DNA from: a virus
DNA: 34,736 nucleotides
Reading direction: 5' to 3' (one strand)
Virus record (IMG/VR): IMGVR_UViG_3300025543_000006
Span: 1 to 34,736 of that record
This document shows, piece after piece, positions 19,101-25,176 of the stretch. The notes beneath the pieces were generated by a model that was not told the origin of the DNA, searched no databases, and worked only from the letters and a program-made list of their open reading frames with translations. Every line of letters starts with the position of its first letter. The stretch's first letter is position 1. The position numbers were made by a program, and so were the translations under genes.

Positions 19101-19822
19101 CAGCCTTTAGCAACGACGCAGGAACAAACGGCGCAACTATTGCAAGCGTGGGGTCGGTGAACCAAGACGCTGGTTTTAGCATTGTGACTTATACGGGTAA
19201 TAGCACACAACCATCTACTGTGGGGCATGGGCTTGGTGTTGCGCCAAGTATGGTGATTGTCAAAACAAGAAACTCTGCTAGTTATGATTGGAACTCTTAC
19301 CACGTTAGTTTAGGAAATACTAAATACATAGCGTTAAACTCAACAGCCGCGGCTTCTTCGGCAGTAAGTTTGTGGAATAACACATCGCCTACATCAACGG
19401 TATTTTCGCTTAATCACCCTGCTGTTAATACTTCAAGCAACACCTACGTTGCCTACTGTTTCGCCGATGTAGAAGGGTACTCCAAGTTCGGTAGCTATGT
19501 GGGGAACAATTCTCCTGATGGCCCGTTTGTGTATTTAGGATTTAGACCCGCATTTTTAATTATTCGATCTACAAGTGCTGGTAGAGATTGGTTATTGTGG
19601 GACACCGCTAGAGGAACGGCAAATGGTGTTGGTGTTATGGATGGTGCGTTTCAACCAAATACCCCCGGCACTGCATATACAGGCGCTGGGTACGAAGGTA
19701 TTGATTTATTATCTAACGGGTTTAAGTGGAGAAATAATCTTTCGGCAAATTACAACGGTGCTGAAACCTACATCTACATGGCTTTTGCCGAGAACCCTTT
19801 CAAAAACTCACTTGCACGATAA
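16100..19822 (+). CDS. Large tail fibre/receptor-binding protein: 2 x (LamG-like + SPRY-like) modules plus a conserved C-terminal fibre domain.
   Basis: 1240 aa. NSLRFR(P/A)SASAYLSR recurs exactly 462 codons apart (nt 16157 and 17543). FRDPSAWYHI and NFGQxPFAxTPPTGFK are also repeated. The C-terminal part reads PDLVWIKSRS...GHGLGVAPSMVIVK...GYSKFGSY...AFAENPF. Confidence 0.7.
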   Translation: MSVLPVGFGSQGGGGYTIKNSLRFRPSASAYLSRAQGSATSTTTGTWSGWCKRGKLGVQQFIWSSVNYDFLQFNTDDKIRIAYLNNSGYVSTAAVYRDPSAWYHIVLVFDTTNATAVDRMRLYVNGVQQTLSWGATPQTQNATFQRWNKSGYTGDIGDFQYNHTAFFDGYMAECYWVDGQALAPSDFGEYNENTGVWQPVEYEGTYGNNGFYLPFSDATNTTTLVADSSGNGNDWTPNNISLTSGVTYDSMTDTPTIYAGGGNYAVMNPLHKSANATLSDGNLKIRSAVTGQNNFAIATITLPTDKFYFEVTAGNNTGAVVVCEIGLVVPTTQTFAGTNSGIQCVNGGLNKIVNGVYTSIGGGLTTGTVLGFAYDLVNGLMTIYRDGTAVATDETIPTTFRAVLASVYRDTANDVGWEFNFGQHPFAHTPPTGFKALHTGNLPDSTIVSGDDYFKTYLYTGNGGGLQVGEIQKPFTTYEVSNSLRFRASASAYLSRTPASAGNRKTWTWSAWVKRGKQGVVNYISGTPSNYTTAFRFEADGKFYFTGVSGTQFDLRTNQVFRDPSAWYHIIIAFDTTQATTSNRIKMYVNGSEITSFYTASYPTLNLDGAINNNAYHGIGTPSSGDTHDGYLAEVNFIDGQALTPSDLGDYDGNNYWVPKAYTGTYGTNGFYLDFSDTTSTATLVADQSGAGNDWTPNNISLTAGSTYDSMVDSPTPYADAGNYAVLNPLSNLIGGNYPTMSNGNLSAARAGIPTHVWGTFGIAAGDTTSWYWEGVCTTLDAARTYIGIIDSTTTTSSAPGASYAFVDKAILSRTGAYYNTASGTTGSSAGTYTSYAVNDVVMIAYQNGKIWFGKNGTWMNSGNPAAGTGAIDTAVSTARTWIPYFGYNSSWTANFGQRPFAYTPPTGFKTLNSFNIPEVTNDLETPDLVWIKSRSAAQSHTLFDSVRGVHDYLKSDNTALEVTDVNSLLQFNKNGFLLGASAAVNTSGRTYVGWGWKAGTAFSNDAGTNGATIASVGSVNQDAGFSIVTYTGNSTQPSTVGHGLGVAPSMVIVKTRNSASYDWNSYHVSLGNTKYIALNSTAAASSAVSLWNNTSPTSTVFSLNHPAVNTSSNTYVAYCFADVEGYSKFGSYVGNNSPDGPFVYLGFRPAFLIIRSTSAGRDWLLWDTARGTANGVGVMDGAFQPNTPGTAYTGAGYEGIDLLSNGFKWRNNLSANYNGAETYIYMAFAENPFKNSLAR

Positions 19823-19831
19823 GGAAACCAT

Positions 19832-20374
19832 ATGTACAAAGTAAACAACAAACCTCTACCACTCGACCGTGCCTTTACGTTGGGTGACATTCAATACCCT
19901 GCAAACTGGTTACGCAGGTCAATGTCTGAAGCCCGACTAGCCTTGGGTATTACATGGGAAGCTGATGCAACCCGTGCTGATGACCGCTTCTACTGGAATG
20001 GCGACATCACTAACCCCAAGGCATTGGAAGACCGTGAGGAGGTTGACCAAGACGGCAACCCCCTGTTTGTCAAGGTGCTGGACAACTCTGACCCCGCTAA
20101 CCCAGTTATGGTTGACAGCGATGAGCGTCTGGTAACCAAGGGCTTGAAGTCCAACTGGATTGCTCAGGTCAAGGCTACTGCTGGCTCTATGCTGGCTGGT
20201 ACTGACTGGATGGTGATTCGCAAGGCAGAGCGTGACGTGGCGATCCCTGCTGACGTGGTTGCAAGCCGTGCGGCGATTGTGGCAGAAGCCGACCGACTTG
20301 AAGCGGCAATTAACTTGTGCGAAAATGTCGAGCAACTGATAGCCGTTGTCAACGCTCAGAACTGGGAAAATTAA
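19832..20374 (+). CDS. Tail-fibre-associated protein (DUF4376-like C-terminus).
   Basis: 180 aa. The TDWMVIRKAERDVAIPADVVASRAAI pattern resembles DUF4376, from memory. Confidence 0.45.
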   Translation: MYKVNNKPLPLDRAFTLGDIQYPANWLRRSMSEARLALGITWEADATRADDRFYWNGDITNPKALEDREEVDQDGNPLFVKVLDNSDPANPVMVDSDERLVTKGLKSNWIAQVKATAGSMLAGTDWMVIRKAERDVAIPADVVASRAAIVAEADRLEAAINLCENVEQLIAVVNAQNWEN

Positions 20375-20377
20375 ACC

Positions 20378-20566
20378 ATGTCCAACGAAGTCCAACTCAC
20401 CGAAGCCCAGATTGACGCTATCGTAGACCGTGCTGTTGAGAAAACGTTTAACCGCGTCTACCAACAGGTCGGAAAGTCTATTCTGACCAAATTGGCGTGG
20501 TTGACTGGCGCGGCGGTCGTTGGCCTAGCTATGTGGCTCGGTGGTCACGGTTCATTGCCTAAGTAA
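20378..20566 (+). CDS. Small tail-anchored membrane protein (lysis cassette).
   Basis: 62 aa with a C-terminal TM segment LAWLTGAAVVGLAMWLGG. It has a TAATG overlap with the next gene. Confidence 0.55.
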   Translation: MSNEVQLTEAQIDAIVDRAVEKTFNRVYQQVGKSILTKLAWLTGAAVVGLAMWLGGHGSLPK

Positions 20567-21009
20567 TGCTTCTTGAACTCGCGGCGGCTAATGCCGCGTT
20601 TGCAGTCATCAAGACCACCTTGCAAAATGGTCATGAGATAGCCGCCTGTGGTGCAAAGCTAGGTGAGTATTTCGGCCTCAAGGCTGAGATAGCAAAGAAG
20701 GCATCTGCAAAGGGTAGCGACTCGGAGGAGTTCTGGGCGCTGGAGGCTTTGAGAGAATCTGAGGCTGAGTTAAAAACGCTACTTATATACAGCGGTCGGG
20801 CGGGGCTATACGACGATTTTCTTGCCCATCAAGCCAAAAAGAAACGTGAGCGAGACCAAGCCGAACGTGAGAAAGCGTTGGCAATCTACAAACGCAAACA
20901 ATTGGTGTGGGCTTGGATAAACGGCGTGTTGATTGTCATAGCGGTTGTGACCGGGCTAGTCATTGTTGCTGGACTCATCTACTTGATAGCCACAAAGGGT
21001 GACATTTAA
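20566..21009 (+). CDS. Membrane protein with a charged helical region and a C-terminal TM segment.
   Basis: 147 aa. It contains KKKRERDQAEREKALAIYKRKQ, then LVWAWINGVLIVIAVVTGLVIVAGLIYLIA. Confidence 0.55.
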   Translation: MLLELAAANAAFAVIKTTLQNGHEIAACGAKLGEYFGLKAEIAKKASAKGSDSEEFWALEALRESEAELKTLLIYSGRAGLYDDFLAHQAKKKRERDQAEREKALAIYKRKQLVWAWINGVLIVIAVVTGLVIVAGLIYLIATKGDI

Positions 21010-21506
21010 TGAATGATCTCATTTCGATGGTGAGCAAGTTTGCTCCCGCGATTGGTACTGCACTTGGTGGACCACTTGGCGGCATGGCTGTATCAGCATT
21101 GGCAAAACAGTTTGGCGTTGCTGATGAGGTAGCGGCGGTGACTAAAGCGATTCAAGCAGACCCAGAGGCGGCTTTAAAACTCAAGCAACTTGAGCATGAC
21201 AAATTTACAGCTATTCTTGCGGATAAAAACAGTGCGCGTGAGCGTGAGATGGCTATTGCTTCAAGTGCAAATGCACCTTTACTTAACAAAATCGTTACGC
21301 CTGCTCTAGCGCTTGGGGTCACAGGCTTATCGTTTGTCCTGTTCGCGGTTCTCATCTTTGTTGAGGTGAAGCCAGAGGCAAAGGATATTTTGATTTACAT
21401 CCTTGGGGTGCTGTCAGCCGCTGTGACTCAGATTCTGTCGTACTACTTTGGCTCAAGCGTTGGAAGCAAAGACAAGGGCGATCAATTACGGGGCGTTATT
21501 AAGTAG
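21009..21506 (+). CDS. Putative holin (GTA_holin_3TM-like).
   Basis: 165 aa. The N-terminal soluble part contains ILADKNSARERE, followed by hydrophobic segments. It resembles PF11351 from memory and sits just upstream of the endolysin. Confidence 0.55.
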   Translation: MNDLISMVSKFAPAIGTALGGPLGGMAVSALAKQFGVADEVAAVTKAIQADPEAALKLKQLEHDKFTAILADKNSAREREMAIASSANAPLLNKIVTPALALGVTGLSFVLFAVLIFVEVKPEAKDILIYILGVLSAAVTQILSYYFGSSVGSKDKGDQLRGVIK

Positions 21507-21514
21507 AGGCCAAT

Positions 21515-21715
21515 ATGTCTGTCTGGCTACCCGTATTGTTTATCTGCTTGTCTACTAACAACTGCGAGTTTTATTCAGGCGACATATCAGTCTCTGTTGA
21601 GCAGTGCGCTACCCAGAACGATAAAGCCGAGGCGCTGATAAAGCGAAGTGGCAAGGCACAGGCATACCGAATGGCGTGCATTGAAATCAAACCTAAAGCA
21701 AACGACTCACTATGA
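21515..21715 (+). CDS. Small secreted or membrane-anchored Cys-rich protein.
   Basis: 66 aa with the N-terminal hydrophobic MSVWLPVLFICLS and 4 Cys. It has an ATGA overlap with the endolysin start. No canonical lipobox. Confidence 0.5.
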   Translation: MSVWLPVLFICLSTNNCEFYSGDISVSVEQCATQNDKAEALIKRSGKAQAYRMACIEIKPKANDSL

Positions 21716-22218
21716 ACTTCACAGAAGCACTTGACCACGTTTTAAAGCACGAAGGTGGCTTTGTTGACCATCCGAAAGACCCCGGCGGCATGACCAACCT
21801 TGGTGTTACCCGCGCAGTCTTTGAGGAGTGGGTTGGGCGTGAGTCAAGCGAATCCGAGATGCGTGCGCTCACGCCAGCCGATGTATCTACATTGTATAAA
21901 CGCAAATACTGGGACAGAGTAAAAGCGGATGACCTTCCATCTGGCGTTAACTACTGCGTTTTTGATGCTAGTGTTAACTCAGGTACTAGACGCGCCGCAA
22001 AATGGCTTCAGGAGGCTGTGGGGGCTGTTCCTGACGGGGCTATCGGCCCGAATACATTAGCCAAGGTCGCAGAACACTCACCAGATGCTTTAATCAATGC
22101 TTACTGCGATATACGGATGAATTTTCTAAAGGGTTTATCAACCTTTGAGATATTTGGTAGAGGCTGGACGCGCCGTGTTGATGAAGTGCGTAAAGTCTCA
22201 TTGGATGCAAGCCGATAG
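21712..22218 (+). CDS. Endolysin, glycoside hydrolase family 108 plus a PG_binding_3 domain.
   Basis: 168 aa. It has LKHEGGFVDHPKDPGGMTNLGVT (the GH108 EGG...DxGGxTxxG signature) and PDGAIGPNTLAKV...FGRGWTRRV. Confidence 0.85.
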   Translation: MNFTEALDHVLKHEGGFVDHPKDPGGMTNLGVTRAVFEEWVGRESSESEMRALTPADVSTLYKRKYWDRVKADDLPSGVNYCVFDASVNSGTRRAAKWLQEAVGAVPDGAIGPNTLAKVAEHSPDALINAYCDIRMNFLKGLSTFEIFGRGWTRRVDEVRKVSLDASR

Positions 22219-22555
22219 CAAAATCGTAAGCAAAAAATCAATCCTCTTGGCCTACCAGATGCTGAGAGGCATGGAGCCGTTTTGCGATTGGAAGCTACCC
22301 ACCACTATCCAAACCAAGGTGGTCAACGATTCCACTATGTATGGGTGTTTTGAAGATGACCCACACACAATCACAATCAGCACGGCTAGGGTTTGGGATG
22401 TAAGCCAGCTAGTCGCTACGGTTGGTCACGAAATGATACATTTGCACCAGTCCAAGCTAAAGATTCTCAGCGAGGACAGCCCTCACGACGCTTTCTTTAT
22501 GAACTGCGCTAGGCAGGTCTGTGTAAACCTCGGTTTCGACAAGGAAAATTTCTAA
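22205..22555 (+). CDS. SprT-like zinc metalloprotease-domain protein.
   Basis: I chose internal ATG 22205 of track ORF 22145..22555, which gives a 14-nt overlap with the endolysin. It has the HExxH motif VGHEMIHLHQ. Confidence 0.55.
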   Translation: MQADSKIVSKKSILLAYQMLRGMEPFCDWKLPTTIQTKVVNDSTMYGCFEDDPHTITISTARVWDVSQLVATVGHEMIHLHQSKLKILSEDSPHDAFFMNCARQVCVNLGFDKENF

Positions 22556-23508
22556 TGAACAAGCGGACAATTACTAATGAAGAATTCATTGAACTCTGGC
22601 AGGCGCATAAGTCAGCCGCAAAGGTAGCTAAACTGATTGGCGTTTCCGAGCGCAACGTCCATAAACGTCGCCGTGAGATTGAAGCCAAATACGATACCGT
22701 ACTGGTTGCGGCAAGCAATAAAAACAGCGTAGCGCAAGCCTACGGGCACATCAACCTTGGCATGGAGAACGGCACGGTCATTGTGTTTAGTGATGCCCAC
22801 TTCCAGCTAGGTCGGCGCACCACGGCCTTTAAAGCGTTACTGTGGCTTATTGGTGAACTCAAGCCCAAGGTAGTGATAAATAATGGCGACGCCTTTGATG
22901 GCGCACAGGCGAGTAGGCATCCAGCTAACGGGTGGGATGTAACGCCGACGATTATTCAAGAGTTAAACGCTTGCAAAATGTTCCTTGGCGAGATTCAGGA
23001 GGCCGCTGGCGACGCTAAATTTATCTGGACGCTGGGCAACCACGACGCTAGATTTTCGACTCGACTGGCAACCGTAGCACCAGAATTTCAAGGCGTCGAG
23101 GGCTTCCAGCTAGAAGACCACTTCCCTGACTGGCAACACGTTGTTAGCTGTATGCTGAATGATTCGGTGATGGTCAAACACCGATGGAAAGGTGGCGTCC
23201 ACGCGACACACAATAACGCTGTCAATTCTGGCGTGAGTTTTGTAACTGGGCATCTTCACTCGCTCAAGGTAAACGGGTGGACTGACCTTGTTTCGACAAA
23301 ATGGGGGGTTGACTGTGGCACGCTCGCCGAGCCGTTTGGCGACCAGTTCATGTACGCCGAGAACAGCCCACGCAACTGGCGGGCTGGGTTTGCGGTGCTA
23401 AACCTTGTGGATGGACACTTGCTGATGCCAGAGTTGTGTATGGTCAGCGCTCTTGCTGATGACTGTGTTGAGTGGCGTGGGGAGTTGATTGACGTGAGCG
23501 AGTTCTAG
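22555..23508 (+). CDS. N-terminal HTH fused to a calcineurin-like metallophosphoesterase.
   Basis: 317 aa. The HTH-like part is AAKVAKLIGVSERNVHKRRREI. The phosphoesterase motifs are FSDAHF, NNGDAFDG, LGNHDARF and TGHLHS. Confidence 0.8.
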   Translation: MNKRTITNEEFIELWQAHKSAAKVAKLIGVSERNVHKRRREIEAKYDTVLVAASNKNSVAQAYGHINLGMENGTVIVFSDAHFQLGRRTTAFKALLWLIGELKPKVVINNGDAFDGAQASRHPANGWDVTPTIIQELNACKMFLGEIQEAAGDAKFIWTLGNHDARFSTRLATVAPEFQGVEGFQLEDHFPDWQHVVSCMLNDSVMVKHRWKGGVHATHNNAVNSGVSFVTGHLHSLKVNGWTDLVSTKWGVDCGTLAEPFGDQFMYAENSPRNWRAGFAVLNLVDGHLLMPELCMVSALADDCVEWRGELIDVSEF

Positions 23509-23653
23509 CGCCACCTTGCTTGGCGACCTCCACGCGCTCCACGGTTGTAAATTTGTGCATATTGCCGCACTCGACAGTCCTGCGCCGCGTGTTGTCTTGT
23601 CGCATCCTTGATTCGAGTACGGTTGTCCATGCACCGCATTGTGGGCATTTCAT
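23444..23653 (-). CDS. NrdR-like zinc-ribbon protein.
   Basis: 69 aa: MKCPQCGAWTTVLESR...RRRTVECGNMHKFTTVE (CxxC...CxxxH). It has an ATGA overlap with the upstream gene. Its 3' end overlaps the convergent gene by 65 nt. Confidence 0.6.
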   Translation of the reverse strand: MKCPQCGAWTTVLESRMRQDNTRRRTVECGNMHKFTTVERVEVAKQGGARTRSRQSTPHATQHSHQQER

Positions 23654-23952
23654 TCTTTGACGAATACCCCGTTAGGCAGTAGCGTGCCCTTACGGTCTTT
23701 AATCTGACCGTATGCGGCATCCATGCACGACACTAAGTCAATGTCTTTGATGGCACAGTAGTTGACCAAGCAGACCATTACGTCACCCACAGCGTCGATG
23801 ATTTCGTCCCTGTCGTTCTTGATGGTAGCGTCCGCTAGTTCGCCCATCTCAGACACGGCTTTGAGCAACTGCGCCTCGGCTGTGCTGTTCTGAATGATGC
23901 GGCGCGCCTCCGACCATTGCACTATCCGCATCTCCACATTCGCGTAACTCAT
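23650..23952 (-). CDS. mazG: MazG-like nucleoside triphosphate pyrophosphohydrolase.
   Basis: 100 aa. It has the all-alpha NTP-PPase pattern SEMGELADATIKNDRDEIIDAVGDVMVCLVNYC. Confidence 0.7.
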   Translation of the reverse strand: MSYANVEMRIVQWSEARRIIQNSTAEAQLLKAVSEMGELADATIKNDRDEIIDAVGDVMVCLVNYCAIKDIDLVSCMDAAYGQIKDRKGTLLPNGVFVKE

Positions 23953-24131
23953 ACTTTCTCCTTTCGACCGTCTTTGTAGACTAGGTTGTTGTTCCTGCGG
24001 CTTGGGTGCTGGTTGTGGTCATCAGCCCCAACCCTGACGGCTGGCATTGATAACTCTGGGCACAAGTACACACCAGACATTTTTGAAAAAGACTGCAACT
24101 GGGCAACCTCAATTTGCTTGCGTAAATCCAT
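23949..24131 (-). CDS. Hypothetical 60-aa protein.
   Basis: I chose internal ATG 24131 of track ORF 23949..24221, with GAGGAA 7-8 nt upstream. ATG 24146 is an alternative. It has an ATGA overlap with mazG. Confidence 0.5.
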   Translation of the reverse strand: MDLRKQIEVAQLQSFSKMSGVYLCPELSMPAVRVGADDHNQHPSRRNNNLVYKDGRKEKV

Positions 24132-24132
24132 T

Positions 24133-24291
24133 TTAGTTTTCCTCATACTGTAAAAATTCTTGTTGTGCGTCAGAGTCCATCTGAGCAAAAGTCTCAAAGT
24201 GGTTTTCACCACAGCACCCAAACGATACCTTTGGCGTGCCGCAATAACAGCAGTACTCTGTGCCGTCCTCCATCAGTTCCTCTCTAGTCAT
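24133..24291 (-). CDS. 52-aa Cys-rich, probably Zn-binding, protein (not in the ORF track).
   Basis: Own translation: MTREELMEDGTEYCCYCGTPKVSFGCCGENHFETFAQMDSDAQQEFLQYEEN. Its start overlaps the upstream ORF stop (ATGA). Confidence 0.55.
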   Translation of the reverse strand: MTREELMEDGTEYCCYCGTPKVSFGCCGENHFETFAQMDSDAQQEFLQYEEN

Positions 24292-24452
24292 GCTACGCCC
24301 CTATCAAAAAACAATTTAAAACGCTCTAGGAGCGTCTGGCGGCGTCCTAGCAGTACGGTTTGCCACCAAATATCGTTTGCGTTCATGTGCGACCGTTTAG
24401 GCGGCTCATAGCGGCATCCAATGATAACGCGGCCTGTGTTGTAGCCGTTCAC
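24288..24452 (-). CDS. 54-aa hypothetical protein with a GTG start (not in the ORF track).
   Basis: Own translation: (V->M)NGYNTGRVIIGCRYEPPKRSHMNANDIWWQTVLLGRRQTLLERFKLFFDRGVA. It has a GTGA overlap with the upstream micro-ORF and an ATGA overlap downstream. Confidence 0.35.
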   Translation of the reverse strand: MNGYNTGRVIIGCRYEPPKRSHMNANDIWWQTVLLGRRQTLLERFKLFFDRGVA

Positions 24453-24526
24453 GATAAGGCCACCACGATAATTGCGGGCGCGGTCATTATTGCCGCCACG
24501 ATGAGTGCTGATAAAACGTCTTTCAT
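24449..24526 (-). CDS. 25-aa hydrophobic micro-protein (not in the ORF track).
   Basis: Own translation: MKDVLSALIVAAIMTAPAIIVVALS. It has an ATGA overlap with the upstream gene, and GGAGACAAA precedes the ATG. Confidence 0.35.
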   Translation of the reverse strand: MKDVLSALIVAAIMTAPAIIVVALS

Positions 24527-24717
24527 TTTGTCTCCAATGCCAACTTGAGGTCAGCTAGGTCTTCTGAGTGGTAATCAAAGCCAAGGCCGTCCAGCATATC
24601 AGCGTGGACTGCTCCCCACAGCACAAAGTCTTCACCCCGCGCTGTTTTACGCACCGAGTACAACTCCACCATGTCGTCGGCTTGTGGGTGCTGGCGTACC
24701 AGAATTGTGTCTTTCAT
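24523..24717 (-). CDS. Hypothetical 64-aa acidic protein.
   Basis: Track ORF, with AAGGGAGAA upstream of the ATG. Confidence 0.6.
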   Translation of the reverse strand: MKDTILVRQHPQADDMVELYSVRKTARGEDFVLWGAVHADMLDGLGFDYHSEDLADLKLALETK

Positions 24718-24732
24718 TTCAGTTCTCCCTTA

Positions 24733-24933
24733 TCAAAAATCCATTAAGCGATTGGCGCGGTCTGTTGCCTCAGACCAATTTGCAACCCATTTAAAAGAAA
24801 GCGTCTCTTGTTCTTGGGCTGTGTATTCGCCTTTGCAACCCTTGGCAAATGTAAAGGTGCGCTCTTTGTTGTCGCGTGTAATCTTTACCCATTTGGTTTC
24901 GGTGCGTACTGTGCGGTCTGTAAAGCGTGTCAT
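24733..24933 (-). CDS. Hypothetical 66-aa protein.
   Basis: I chose internal ATG 24933 of track ORF 24733..24987 (MTRFTDRTV...), with AAAGGGGA upstream. The upstream part of the track ORF is the promoter module. Confidence 0.6.
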   Translation of the reverse strand: MTRFTDRTVRTETKWVKITRDNKERTFTFAKGCKGEYTAQEQETLSFKWVANWSEATDRANRLMDF

Positions 24934-25032
24934 TTGGAATCCCCTTTTGTGTTGTCGATGAGTGATTATAAACACAAAAAAACACACACAAGAAGGGGTA
25001 AATCAAATTATCTTTCTAGGTGTTTACCCTAA
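24934..25032 (-). promoter_or_regulatory. Leftward promoter/operator/leader module A (paralogue of 27314-27390).
   Basis: On the - strand it reads TTAGGGTAAACACCTAGA box, T-rich tract, TATAAT (24965-24970), CATCGACAACACAA, AAGGGGA, then ATG. An 8-bp inverted repeat TTTGTGTT/AACACAAA (24946-53 and 24971-78) brackets the -10. Confidence 0.55.
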
Positions 25033-25167
25033 TAGTTTTTTCAGCAAATATGTGATCTGACCAGAGACAGACCGAGACTCAGCGACTGACTGCGCTTTGA
25101 TTTGCTCATACAACGCTATCGGGACGCGCATCGTAATGAACTTGCTGGTTGGTTCTTTCTTTTCCAT
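25024..25167 (-). CDS. Ribbon-helix-helix (Arc/CopG-type) DNA-binding protein, 47 aa (not in the ORF track).
   Basis: Own translation: MEKKEPTSKFITMRVPIALYEQIKAQSVAESRSVSGQITYLLKKLLG. AAGGAG lies 7 nt upstream and overlaps the SSB-like gene's stop. Confidence 0.7.
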   Translation of the reverse strand: MEKKEPTSKFITMRVPIALYEQIKAQSVAESRSVSGQITYLLKKLLG

Positions 25168-25176
25168 GCTGGCTCC

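Noticed and set aside
23398-23720. Alternative - strand frames 23398..23634 and 23505..23720 overlap the Zn-ribbon gene.
   Set aside because: Only the 23444..23653 frame has the CxxC...CxxxH ribbon motif and the ATGA coupling to mazG. The others are Arg/Gln-rich off-frame readings.
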